The position numbers and the translations under genes were made by a program. This document shows, piece after piece, positions 7,987 through 17,733 of a DNA stretch of 36,108 nucleotides (position 1 is the stretch's first letter; every line of letters starts with the position of its first letter). A model generated the notes under the pieces. The model saw only the letters and a list, made by a program, of their open reading frames with translations, was not told where the DNA came from and did not search any database. Origin of the DNA: a virus; the UHGV virus genome UHGV-1376076; one strand, given 5' to 3'.

Positions 7987-9351
7987 ATGAACAAAAAATT
8001 ATTGAAAAAATTACAAGCTCGTCATGAGCAACGCTTAACGGAATTACGCGGACGAATCGAATCTGGTGAAGTACGTGAAGCAGATTTAGAAGCCGTGAAA
8101 GAAGAAATTGACAGTGTTATTGATGAATTGAACGGAATTAAAGACGAATTAGGCGCAGATTCTGGAACTGATGAAACAGACGACAATACAGATGATCAAT
8201 CGAATAGTACGGATTCAGACGAAAGCCGTTCTGGTGAAGACAACGATCAAGAAGAAGATTCAGACAGTGAAGATAGTTCAGAAAATCGTTCTGGAATGAT
8301 TACTCAACAGCAACGAGATGGATTACTTGGATCAATTAAGAACGGATTGGAGGCACGTGCAAAAATGAACAATAAACAAAAAGATCAACAACTACGAAAA
8401 GCATTTGCTAATTTTGTAGTTGGAAATATTTCTGAAGCAGAAGCTCGAGCTTTAGGGATTGAAGCTGGCAACGGTTCAGTTACTGTCCCAGAAGTAATTG
8501 CATCTGAAGTTATTACTTATGCTCAAGAAGAAAATTTACTTCGTAAATACGGAACAGTGGTGCGAACATCAGGAGATGTCAAATATCCAATTCTTGTGAA
8601 GAAAGCAGATGCGAATGTAAATAAGAAAGAGCGTTCAACTGATATTGCTGAAACAGTTATTCAGTTTGATGAAATTTTGCTTAATCCTGCCGAATTCGAT
8701 GCTTTGGCAACAGTAACTAAAAAATTATTAAAAATGTCTGGTGTTCCAGTTGAAGATATTGTTGTGGAAGAATTGAAAAAAGCTTATGTGCGTAAAGAAA
8801 TCAATTATATGTTCAATGGTGATGACGCTGGAAATGAAAATCCTGGTGCATTAGCCAAAAAGGCTGTAGCATTTAAAAAACCTTTAGATCTAACTGCTTC
8901 AGGTGCTGGGCAAAAATTATATGATGCATTAATCGAATTTAAAAATACACCAGTGACAGAAGTGATGAAAAAGGGACGCTTTATTATTAATCGAGCTGCT
9001 TTGACTGCCATTGAAAAAATGAAAACAGATGATGGATTTCCTTTGTTGCGGCCATTCACACAAGCAGAAGGTGGAATTGGTTACCAATTAGTTGGCTATC
9101 CTGTGGATTGGACAGATGCAGCAGATAAAAAGGGTGAACCAGACACACCAGTTTTATATTTTGGCGATTTTTCTGCATTTAAAATTCAAGAAGTTATTGG
9201 TGCCTTGGAAATTCAAAAACTTGTTGAAAAATTCTCTGGTAAAAATCAAATTGGATTCCAAATTTACAACTTGCTAGATGGTCAATTGGTTTATTCTCCA
9301 TTTGAACCGGCAGTATATCGCTACGAAATTACAAAACCAGTTGGTGGTTAA
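7987..9351 (+). CDS. major capsid protein with an N-terminal scaffold-like delta domain (coiled coil plus D/E/S-rich linker)
   Basis: RBS AGGAGG. The N-terminal roughly 120 aa form a coiled coil followed by an acidic low-complexity stretch (about 8150-8300). The C-terminal part has an HK97-like capsid composition. Confidence 0.85.
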   Translation: MNKKLLKKLQARHEQRLTELRGRIESGEVREADLEAVKEEIDSVIDELNGIKDELGADSGTDETDDNTDDQSNSTDSDESRSGEDNDQEEDSDSEDSSENRSGMITQQQRDGLLGSIKNGLEARAKMNNKQKDQQLRKAFANFVVGNISEAEARALGIEAGNGSVTVPEVIASEVITYAQEENLLRKYGTVVRTSGDVKYPILVKKADANVNKKERSTDIAETVIQFDEILLNPAEFDALATVTKKLLKMSGVPVEDIVVEELKKAYVRKEINYMFNGDDAGNENPGALAKKAVAFKKPLDLTASGAGQKLYDALIEFKNTPVTEVMKKGRFIINRAALTAIEKMKTDDGFPLLRPFTQAEGGIGYQLVGYPVDWTDAADKKGEPDTPVLYFGDFSAFKIQEVIGALEIQKLVEKFSGKNQIGFQIYNLLDGQLVYSPFEPAVYRYEITKPVGG

Positions 9352-9352
9352 G

Positions 9353-9631
9353 ATGGAAGAGCAAACTAAAGAATTGTCTTTAGAGGAAAAATTCAAATCA
9401 CATATTCATTTTGAAGAGGGCATGGATGATTCTTTGCTCTCTTTTTATTTAAATATGGCAAAAGATTATGTCAAAACAGCAACTGGTGGCCAACAAGAAT
9501 ATCTTATTTTGATGGTTGCCGGCATTGCCTATGAATATAGAGTTTCAGAGGATGAACTCGACAAAGCTATGAATGCCATAACGCCATTTATCGTGCAAGG
9601 AGCGATTCAAAATGCCGAAGAGACAGACTAA
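9353..9631 (+). CDS. head-tail connector (gp6-like)
   Basis: Small gene directly after the capsid gene. Its ATG overlaps the capsid stop. Confidence 0.65.
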   Translation: MEEQTKELSLEEKFKSHIHFEEGMDDSLLSFYLNMAKDYVKTATGGQQEYLILMVAGIAYEYRVSEDELDKAMNAITPFIVQGAIQNAEETD

Positions 9632-9938
9632 TAATCTCAGATGGAAAGCCGAATTGCTAGACATCAAAACAGGAACAGATGGAAACGATCGTCCAACTAC
9701 AGTTTACGAATTTAAGCGTCCAATATTTTATGAGGAACTCGGTGTGACTTCTCAAGAAAAATATTTATCACAGCAAGCCAAGACAGACGTTGTCAGACGA
9801 ATTAAAGTCAGATGGGATAAATCCATCACAGAGAAATTAAGTGCACTCAAAATTGATTCTGTGACGTATAACATTACTCGCATTTATACGAATCCCGATA
9901 CAAGAGAAATGGAGCTGAGTTTAGCTTATGTCTATTAG
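9612..9938 (+). CDS. head closure / head-tail adaptor protein
   Basis: Its position and roughly 108 aa size fit. RBS AAGGAG. Confidence 0.65.
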   Translation: MPKRQTNNLRWKAELLDIKTGTDGNDRPTTVYEFKRPIFYEELGVTSQEKYLSQQAKTDVVRRIKVRWDKSITEKLSALKIDSVTYNITRIYTNPDTREMELSLAYVY

Positions 9939-10266
9939 CTTTGATGAATTGAAAACAGCGCTGAAATCAACGAAGTTACCAGTGTTCAGAGACAAAGCCA
10001 GATTAGGAACGATGTATCCATACATTGTGTACTCAAATGTGAGTAACAGCAAAAAAATGGCATCCGGTAAAGTCTATAAAAAATTACCTTATTACCAAGT
10101 CTCTTTTTTTACACTTGGAACAGAACAGGATTTAGTTGTTATTGAACAAGCGCTGCAAAATGCTGGCATTCCATATTCAGACTTTACAGGTATACAAGGT
10201 GATGAGAATGACGATACCGTGACCAACTATTACACATATGTGAGGTGTGTGGAAAATGCCAAGTAA
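9928..10266 (+). CDS. tail component (tail-completion-like)
   Basis: Gene order within the head-tail joining block. Confidence 0.45.
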   Translation: MSISFDELKTALKSTKLPVFRDKARLGTMYPYIVYSNVSNSKKMASGKVYKKLPYYQVSFFTLGTEQDLVVIEQALQNAGIPYSDFTGIQGDENDDTVTNYYTYVRCVENAK

Positions 10267-10621
10267 TAAGAATGGTTTTTCTGAAATATCGGATTATTTA
10301 GGGAATCTTTCTAGAGTTGATCCAAAAAAATTATCATTGGAATCTTTAGAAGAAGCTGCAAAGTTTTACCTAGAGCAGTTGCTTCCTAATATTCCTAAGT
10401 CCCTGCTTAAAAAGAAGCATATGAGCGAACAAATAAAAGTTGTTGTTGAAGAAGACCGAGTGAAAGTCCAGTTTGAAGAGACTGCTTTTTACTGGCGCTT
10501 TACCGAAAATGGTACGACAAAACAAAAAGCACAACACTTTGCAAGCGGTACGTATGAACAAAATAAAGAAAAAATCGAAGAGATCATGACGAAGAAAATA
10601 CTTGATTTATGGGAAGGATGA
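10256..10621 (+). CDS. HK97 gp10-family tail component
   Basis: GAGGTG RBS before ATG 10256. It sits in the head-tail joining block. Confidence 0.55.
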   Translation: MPSNKNGFSEISDYLGNLSRVDPKKLSLESLEEAAKFYLEQLLPNIPKSLLKKKHMSEQIKVVVEEDRVKVQFEETAFYWRFTENGTTKQKAQHFASGTYEQNKEKIEEIMTKKILDLWEG

Positions 10622-10627
10622 TTTTAA

Positions 10628-11254
10628 TTGGGAAAGCAAGATACTTTTTATTTTGAAGGATTGGACGACATTTTAATCGCGATGATGGCAACGCCAGATT
10701 CTGTTGGAACTGCTCCGACTTATAGTGAAGTTGTCCGGTTGCCTATCGCTACAAAAATTGGAGTCAAAGGCAATGGTACAGCATTGGAAAAATGGGCATC
10801 AAGCAAAATGTTCCGACGCGTGTCCCGAGAAACAAAACATGAAATTGCGTTGGATCATGTAGGTATTCCAATTGCGGTAATGGATGAAATCAAAGGGATG
10901 ATTGCAAAAAGCGGAGTAACATTTAGTAAAAATACCGCACGAGAATTTCCTTACCTTGCATTTGGATTCATTGGAAATATTGAAGGCGGAGGTAAAAAAG
11001 CTGTATGGTATCCTAATACACAACTATCCAATGTGATTGACGAAGAGTATGCCACTGCAGAGGAAGAAACAAAAATTGACGATGTAACTGCAAATCTGGT
11101 TTCCATCGGACTGAAATACAATAATGTGATGTATGCAAGTTTTGATTCGAATAGAGACGGAGCTTCTCTCGAATTATTTAATAAATTCATTGCTCAACCT
11201 GTATACGATGAAGAACAGTGGAAAACATTGGCTAAAGTTGGAGGTGGCAAATAA
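10628..11254 (+). CDS. major tail protein
   Basis: 208 aa, immediately upstream of the chaperone and tape measure genes. TTG start with a GGAAGGA RBS. Confidence 0.8.
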   Translation: MGKQDTFYFEGLDDILIAMMATPDSVGTAPTYSEVVRLPIATKIGVKGNGTALEKWASSKMFRRVSRETKHEIALDHVGIPIAVMDEIKGMIAKSGVTFSKNTAREFPYLAFGFIGNIEGGGKKAVWYPNTQLSNVIDEEYATAEEETKIDDVTANLVSIGLKYNNVMYASFDSNRDGASLELFNKFIAQPVYDEEQWKTLAKVGGGK

Positions 11255-11718
11255 TGGCCAGACTTGCCGATTATGGGATTCATGTTGATGATTTAAAGAA
11301 TTCTGCTGTTGTCATTATTCAAGGCGCAGAATTCCCTATTTCATTTACTATGCAAACGATGGAATTTATAGCAGATGTGTATGGTGGAGATTATTCGCAA
11401 TTTGAATCTGATATGAACGCCATGTTATCTAAAAAAGAAGGGCAAATTTCTTCTGCTAACTTATCGCCTAGTGACCTAAAAATCATGCGTGCCTTGATTT
11501 ATGCGATGCTGCGCACTGGTGGTTTAGAGGAAGATCCAGAAACTATTTTCAAATTTTTAGGAATGAGTGGAGAGGTGTTGTCTGCTTATAGTACCTGTAT
11601 GGAAATTTTTGCTAGCCAGACATTTCAGGTGGAAGACCTAAAAAAATCCAAGAAGCCACAAGACTTTCAAAAAACACAAGCAAAAAGAAAGGTAAACAAA
11701 AAGAATCGGAAGAGATAG
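11254..11718 (+). CDS. tail assembly chaperone (gpG-like)
   Basis: Its position before the tape measure gene. It contains the slippery heptamer A_AAA_AAA at 11640-11646. Confidence 0.75.
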   Translation: MARLADYGIHVDDLKNSAVVIIQGAEFPISFTMQTMEFIADVYGGDYSQFESDMNAMLSKKEGQISSANLSPSDLKIMRALIYAMLRTGGLEEDPETIFKFLGMSGEVLSAYSTCMEIFASQTFQVEDLKKSKKPQDFQKTQAKRKVNKKNRKR

Positions 11719-11894
11719 GAACTCCTTGGAGTTTTTATATTTACGTTGCTCTCACTCTATTGAATTGGAGTGAGAGTTTCTTTTTGAAGTCTACACCTAA
11801 CTTGTGGCTCAAATCTTATTTACAGTGGTTACAACAAAACACCGATTTTGAACCACCTCAATCTGTAACTATGGATAAATCGCCTTGGTGGTAG
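11640..11894 (+). CDS. -1 frameshift extension of the tail assembly chaperone (gpGT-like product)
   Basis: From the slippery site, the -1 frame is open for about 84 codons (KKIQEATRLSKNTSKKKGKQKESEEIGTPWSFYIYVALTLLNWSESFFLKSTPNLWLKSYLQWLQQNTDFEPPQSVTMDKSPWW). It stops at 11892-11894, just before the tape measure RBS. Confidence 0.5.
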   Translation, partial: KKIQEATRLSKNTSKKKGKQKESEEIGTPWSFYIYVALTLLNWSESFFLKSTPNLWLKSYLQWLQQNTDFEPPQSVTMDKSPWW

Positions 11895-11912
11895 AAAGGA
11901 GCGCTAAGATAA

Positions 11913-14216
11913 ATGGCTGGTAAAGAATCTGATGTCGTTCTTAATTTTAAAACGAATGGCGAAGTCAGTTATTCGAAAACAATCAAAGAAATCAACAAAG
12001 AAATGAACTTAGCCGCTGCCGAGTACAAAAACCAAGTGTCTGCGATGGACAAGGATGCAACTCAAACAGAAAAATTGCGAGCGGCTAAACAAAAGTTAGA
12101 AAAACAATTAGGATTGGCTGAACAACGATCTCAAATGCTGAGAGAGGAATATGAAAAATCTGTCAAAGAAACCGGTGAATATTCTGCTGAATCAGAAAAA
12201 CTTTATAAACAATTACTCAATTCTGAAACCGGAGAAAATAAACTTCGTACAGCATTAGAACAGACGAACGATGCACTTAAAGAACAAGGTGACGTTTCTG
12301 TTGATACAGCAAAAAAACTCCAGAAAATCGAAGAAACAGGTGAGAAAGTAAAAGGCGTTGGTGAAAAAATGTCTGTTGGAGTAACCGCGCCTATTGTAGC
12401 GGCAGGAGCAGCAGGACTTGCAGCATTTGGTGAAGTTGACGAGGCACTTGATACCATCATTACAAAAACCGGAGCAACAGGTGATCAAGCTGATAGACTT
12501 TCACAGTCTTTCAAAAACGTTGGTTCAAATACTCATTTATCTTTACAAACGGTTGGGGAAGCTATTGGTGAGGTAAATACACAATTTGGATTCATGGATA
12601 AAAAACTGGAAGATTCAACCAATTATCTCCTACAGTACGCTGAAATCAATGATACAGATGTTTCGCAATCAGCAATATCTGCTCGACAAGCCATTGATGC
12701 TTATGGACTAGAATATGATGATTTGAATTCTGTCCTTGATGTAACAACGAAAACATCGCAGAATACTGGTCAATCTGTAGACGACTTGATGCAAAAAGCA
12801 ATTGATGGCGCACCACAAATTAAACAATTAGGGTTGAGCTTTGGTGAAGGGGTCACTTTACTTGGACAATTTGAGCAATCTGGTGTTGATTCAAGCGCAG
12901 CTTTAAGTAGTTTATCTAAAGCAACAGTGGCTTATGCGAAAGACGGAAAATCTTTAAGTCAAGGACTAGAAGAACTACAAGACAAGGTAAAAAATGCAGG
13001 TTCTGAAACAGAAGCCATCAATGCAGCAGCAGAAGTATTCGGGACTAAAGGCGGTCCTAGAATGGCCGATGCAATTCGTAGAGGTACTTTGAACCTGGAA
13101 GATTTAGCAAAAACTGCTGGAGAAAGTGGGGGAGCTGTAGGAGACACATTCGATGCTACTCTCGACCCAATTGATCAAGCCGATCAAGCTATGAACAATG
13201 CAAAATTAGCAATGGCTGACGTAGGTGAAGCAGTCCAAGTAAGCCTTTTGCCTTTTTTTGAAAAAGCAACTTCCTTATTACAGGAATTCTCTAAATGGTG
13301 GGGGTCTCTAGATCAAGATACAAAGAATTGGATCATAACAATTGCTGGGATAGCGGCAGCAGTTGGACCAGTACTAATCGTTCTTGGTTCGCTTATGGGA
13401 TCTGTTACAAAAATTGTCGGTGGTATCAACAGTTTCATAGGAATTTGGCAAAAGATGTCTGTGTTTCTCGCTGCAAATCCGTTTGTCTTAGTGATTGCTG
13501 GTATAGCATTATTGATTGCTGGATTTGTTTTGGCTTATAACAAAGTCAAATGGTTTCGAGATGGTGTCAACGCATTCTTTCAAGGCATATCAGATATAGC
13601 TGTTCAAGTATTCAATTTTCTAGGTGGCTTTATCGGTGGTGTATTCGGTGGAATCATAGCAAACTTCAATAACTACTTTAATGCTGGCAAAAGAATATTT
13701 AACGGATTTCTAGATTTTATTACAGGAGTATTCACTGGTAACTGGTCGAAAGCATGGGAAGGTGTCGTGAATATTTTTGGAGGTATATTTGATGGGATTG
13801 TGGCAATTGCAAAAGCACCAATTAACGGTCTGATTGGATTGATCAATGATTTTATTGATCTAGCAAACAAAATTAAAGTGCCAAAAGGAGTTCCAGTCGT
13901 CGGAGGAAAAGGAATTCATTTTGATAAAATTCCTTATCTGGCTAAAGGCGGTCACTTAATCAATGGGCAAGCAATTGTTGGTGAAGCTGGACCTGAGTTA
14001 CTGACTGCCAAGAATGGTAAAACCACAGTTACTCCATTATCAGACGAAGAAAAACGCAAAGGGATCAGTGGAAGAGTTTCCGGAGGTAGCATTGAACAGC
14101 ATATACACATTGGCAAAGTCGATGCAAACAATCCATCTGAGTTAGATCGTATGAATCGTAAATTTGCTAAAGCAAACAAACAGGCTATTCGTGATTTGGG
14201 AGGTGTTCCTATTTGA
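11913..14216 (+). CDS. tail tape measure protein
   Basis: 767 aa with an N-terminal coiled coil, central Gly-rich TM segments and a canonical position. RBS AAAGGAG. Confidence 0.9.
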   Translation: MAGKESDVVLNFKTNGEVSYSKTIKEINKEMNLAAAEYKNQVSAMDKDATQTEKLRAAKQKLEKQLGLAEQRSQMLREEYEKSVKETGEYSAESEKLYKQLLNSETGENKLRTALEQTNDALKEQGDVSVDTAKKLQKIEETGEKVKGVGEKMSVGVTAPIVAAGAAGLAAFGEVDEALDTIITKTGATGDQADRLSQSFKNVGSNTHLSLQTVGEAIGEVNTQFGFMDKKLEDSTNYLLQYAEINDTDVSQSAISARQAIDAYGLEYDDLNSVLDVTTKTSQNTGQSVDDLMQKAIDGAPQIKQLGLSFGEGVTLLGQFEQSGVDSSAALSSLSKATVAYAKDGKSLSQGLEELQDKVKNAGSETEAINAAAEVFGTKGGPRMADAIRRGTLNLEDLAKTAGESGGAVGDTFDATLDPIDQADQAMNNAKLAMADVGEAVQVSLLPFFEKATSLLQEFSKWWGSLDQDTKNWIITIAGIAAAVGPVLIVLGSLMGSVTKIVGGINSFIGIWQKMSVFLAANPFVLVIAGIALLIAGFVLAYNKVKWFRDGVNAFFQGISDIAVQVFNFLGGFIGGVFGGIIANFNNYFNAGKRIFNGFLDFITGVFTGNWSKAWEGVVNIFGGIFDGIVAIAKAPINGLIGLINDFIDLANKIKVPKGVPVVGGKGIHFDKIPYLAKGGHLINGQAIVGEAGPELLTAKNGKTTVTPLSDEEKRKGISGRVSGGSIEQHIHIGKVDANNPSELDRMNRKFAKANKQAIRDLGGVPI

Positions 14217-14932
14217 GTCGACAATTTATGAATCCAGATGAACCAAATTTTATTTGGAAAAATCGGAATGCAGTAATTGATATGAATTGCATCATTGAGG
14301 CAGAGCTTCCAGATATTATGCCGAACAAGCGATACGAAACTTACACGATTCAGGGCCGAAGCGGAGAATTGACGGAGACGTTTGATGACTATGAACCTTT
14401 TGATTTGGAAATAGAAGGGATCACTATTCCACATTCGAAACTGAGAGAAGTCAAACGATGGCTCACTGGTAAAAGCCAATTAATCACACATAATGATCCA
14501 GACAAGTATCTAGAGGCTATCTGCAGCATGGATAAAGAAGTCCCTTTCGAAAACGAGTGGGGCTTCTTTTATACATTCGATGTTACTTTTCGTTGTCAGC
14601 CACTCAAAAGAAAAATCGGTGAAGCGCCTAAAATTTTTCATTCTAGTGTTATGGATATTTTTGATCATGGTGACGAAATTGCACATCCCTATCTGGAAAT
14701 AGAATCGAACGGAGGAGATATAACGATCGCTGTCGGTGATAAAAGCCTAACAATACTTAATACGTTAGCTGCAACAATCGTGGTTGATACTCAGCTTGGA
14801 AAAGCAATACAAGAAGGTTTGAATTTATTTACGCGTGGTGATTGGCCAGTATTGCAGCCTGAATGGAATCAGGTAAAAATATCCGGAAAATTTAAAGAAG
14901 TGCGGTTTTGGAATAGGAGTGTATATCTGTGA
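14213..14932 (+). CDS. distal tail protein (Dit)
   Basis: 239 aa, directly after the tape measure gene. Overlapping start. Confidence 0.75.
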   Translation: MSRQFMNPDEPNFIWKNRNAVIDMNCIIEAELPDIMPNKRYETYTIQGRSGELTETFDDYEPFDLEIEGITIPHSKLREVKRWLTGKSQLITHNDPDKYLEAICSMDKEVPFENEWGFFYTFDVTFRCQPLKRKIGEAPKIFHSSVMDIFDHGDEIAHPYLEIESNGGDITIAVGDKSLTILNTLAATIVVDTQLGKAIQEGLNLFTRGDWPVLQPEWNQVKISGKFKEVRFWNRSVYL

Positions 14933-17715
14933 CGCAAGAATTTATTTATGCTTACAAAAAAATGCCAGATGATTTGAGTGTTAACGGAGCGTCGTTAGTT
15001 GATTGGGAAGATTTGCCAGAAATCAATCGTGTGTTGAATGGCCAATATCGTTTTTATGGTAACTATTCAAGAAGCGGACAGTATCGGTCTTACTTAAAAA
15101 AAGGAAATTTCATAAAAGCGAAGGTGCCAGATGGTTCGTGGCAATATTTTGAAATTTATAATGTCAAAAAGAATTTGACCTCCGTTTCTGTAACAGCTCG
15201 GCATATTGGTTTTATGGCCAATAAGAACTTTATTGTCAAGTCGTTTACGGATAACGGCAATGGGTCTCAGATCATGACCAATCTTAAAAACAGTTTGGCA
15301 TTTGATCAAAAATTTAACTATCTTTCGAATGTAGGGACAACGCACCAATTTACAGCAAGACAAGTCGCGCCAGTTGAAGCAATCATTGGTTCAAACAACG
15401 GTAATCAAAATTTGACTGGCGTGACTAGCGCGGAACTTGATATGGATAACTATGATTTGAAACTGGTAAAACAGATTGGATCAGATAATGGTTTCCGAAT
15501 CGATTTTGGTATCAATTTAGAAGCAATCGAAGAAGAAATAGATGAAGAATCCATCGTAAATAGCCTGTATTTGATTGGCGGGGTTCCTGATAACGATTAT
15601 GATGAAGACAAAGAACCTATTGAATATGGATATTTAGAAATTGATGGAGTGACCAACGAGAATCGACGTATCGCCAAACGTGAAAATGGTGATTGTAAAA
15701 CCGTTGATGAATTGATCAAATGGGGTAAAACCTTATTTGACAATGATCGTATCCACGAGCCAAAAGCTACTCATACAGTCAGTATGGTGGCGTTGGAACA
15801 CACACTCGAATACGATGACATGTATCAAGAGCTAGCGTCTTTACACTTTGGTGATGTCGCTCATGTTAGGGCGAAAGAGCTAGATATCGAGATAAAAGAG
15901 CGCATGGTCGAATACACTTATTTCCCAACGCTTGGGAAATATAAGGATATTGTTTTAGGTAATGATTTATCACTGTACACTTCGGCAGTAAATACTCAAG
16001 CACAAGAATTGAAAAAGAAAATCGACAATCGAACAGAAACGTTAGTTCAAAATATGTTGAATGCGACGGCATGGATCACTGGTAATTCTGGTGGGCATGT
16101 CGTTTTTCGTCCAGAAAAAGCTCCATCAGAGATTCTTATCATGGATACTCCAAATGTAGCGAATGCGAAACGTGTGTGGCGTTGGAATTTAAATGGCTTA
16201 GGTTATTCAGACAACGGAGTAAATGGCCCGTTTGGTATCGCAATGACGTCGAAAGGTGAAATCGTAGCTAACTTCATTAAAGTTGGGATTATTAATGCCG
16301 AAGTTCTTGAAAGCTCAATTAATGATCTAGGCGATGTGTTAAAAATTGTCAAAGGTACATTACAAATTTGGAATGATAATAAAAAAATCATGGAAATGAC
16401 CAAAAAAGGGATGGAGTTTTGGAATACGAGAGAATCCATTGGAACGATTGGAACAACTGATTCTGTCGGTAATCCATTTCCTGAAGCAAGCACGCCTGTT
16501 CCATTAGAAAACAACTCTTTAGTAATCAAAGCTAATGGGACAGCAAATGCACCTAAATACATTTTACTTTCCTCAAAAGAAGGCAAAGGGATAGTTTTAG
16601 CTGGCGATTATGGATTTCATAAGGGTGATTTTAGCATTTACGGTAAAGCGCTCGTAGGTGGAAGTTTGAGTGTTGCTACAGATACAACAATCGCTGGTCG
16701 CTTAGATGTAAAAGAGTTGTATGTAAATGGTTTAAAAATCGATACAAATGGCGGTGGTAATTCAGGTGGAAATGACAACGGTTGGAATGGGCAATATCCA
16801 CCAGAAGTGACCAGTGATCGTGACAAACGTTATTGGCAAATTTGGGCGATGGCTTTAGGTGCTGGCTTTAGTAAGCAAGCAGCTGCCGCTTTACTAGGGA
16901 ATGCACAAGGTGAATCAGATGCAAACCCAACCGCAGATGAAGGTAATGGCGCACCAGGGTTCGGTTATGGTGTATGGCAATGGACCGATTCTTCTGGCGC
17001 AACTAGCGGACGTGTCTACATGATCAATTTAATGACAAAGGCTGGCATTAGTGATGATCCAGACACAATCACGGCACAGTTCAAATTGTTGATGTGGCAT
17101 GCACCGAATGGTCAATGGATCGCAACTAGCGCTTATCCTTACACATGGACACAATTCATGAATCTGACCGATATCAACACCGCAGCGCAAGCATTCGTGG
17201 CTAACTTTGAACGTCCACGTGATCCACATCCAGAACGGACGACATGGGCACAAGAATGGTATGACAAATTCAAAGATTTGGAAATTCCTGCATCAAAAGG
17301 GTATATAAAACCAATTGCGGATCCGATCACGGTGACAAGTGAATTTGGCTGGCGCACTTCTCCAATCACAGGAGCACAGGAATTTCACAATGCTATGGAC
17401 TTGGTTAATGGCAATCCAACAACTCCAATCTTAGCTTCAGGCGATGGTCAAGTGGTCCAAGCGGGAAGTAATTATTATGACTGGTATGGAAATTACACGG
17501 TCATCAAGCATGCGGATGGACTTTATACAGGGTACGCACATCAAAGCAGAATTGATGTTTCTGTGGGTCAAAATGTTAAAAAGGGCCAACAAATTGGACT
17601 TATGGGAGCAACTGGCCCTGTCACCGGTCCACATTTACATTTCCAATTTATGGATGAGTTTTATCCATCATCTGCAGCGCATTTTCATAATGCAAGAGAC
17701 TATATCAATTTTTAA
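14929..17715 (+). CDS. tail-associated lysin (Tal): N-terminal tail-tip domain, lysozyme-like domain and C-terminal M23 peptidase
   Basis: 928 aa. A motif 'GNAQGESDANPTADEGNGAPGFGYGVWQWT' resembles a phage tail lysozyme domain. The C-terminal 'HNAMDLV...GPHLHFQFM' motif resembles M23. Confidence 0.85.
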   Translation: MTQEFIYAYKKMPDDLSVNGASLVDWEDLPEINRVLNGQYRFYGNYSRSGQYRSYLKKGNFIKAKVPDGSWQYFEIYNVKKNLTSVSVTARHIGFMANKNFIVKSFTDNGNGSQIMTNLKNSLAFDQKFNYLSNVGTTHQFTARQVAPVEAIIGSNNGNQNLTGVTSAELDMDNYDLKLVKQIGSDNGFRIDFGINLEAIEEEIDEESIVNSLYLIGGVPDNDYDEDKEPIEYGYLEIDGVTNENRRIAKRENGDCKTVDELIKWGKTLFDNDRIHEPKATHTVSMVALEHTLEYDDMYQELASLHFGDVAHVRAKELDIEIKERMVEYTYFPTLGKYKDIVLGNDLSLYTSAVNTQAQELKKKIDNRTETLVQNMLNATAWITGNSGGHVVFRPEKAPSEILIMDTPNVANAKRVWRWNLNGLGYSDNGVNGPFGIAMTSKGEIVANFIKVGIINAEVLESSINDLGDVLKIVKGTLQIWNDNKKIMEMTKKGMEFWNTRESIGTIGTTDSVGNPFPEASTPVPLENNSLVIKANGTANAPKYILLSSKEGKGIVLAGDYGFHKGDFSIYGKALVGGSLSVATDTTIAGRLDVKELYVNGLKIDTNGGGNSGGNDNGWNGQYPPEVTSDRDKRYWQIWAMALGAGFSKQAAAALLGNAQGESDANPTADEGNGAPGFGYGVWQWTDSSGATSGRVYMINLMTKAGISDDPDTITAQFKLLMWHAPNGQWIATSAYPYTWTQFMNLTDINTAAQAFVANFERPRDPHPERTTWAQEWYDKFKDLEIPASKGYIKPIADPITVTSEFGWRTSPITGAQEFHNAMDLVNGNPTTPILASGDGQVVQAGSNYYDWYGNYTVIKHADGLYTGYAHQSRIDVSVGQNVKKGQQIGLMGATGPVTGPHLHFQFMDEFYPSSAAHFHNARDYINF

Positions 17716-17733
17716 AGAAAGGAGCTTAAACAG

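Noticed and set aside
11748-11790. Hairpin plus T tract that looks like a terminator between the chaperone and the tape measure gene
   Set aside because: It lies inside the open -1 frameshift extension of the chaperone. It is more likely coding, and could at most act as an attenuator.
12203-14479. Several antisense and alternative-frame ORFs inside the tape measure gene (12203-12460, 12255-12488, 12959-13147, 13295-13540, 13673-13870, 13952-14479)
   Set aside because: They are shadow ORFs of a long, compositionally biased gene and have no RBS.
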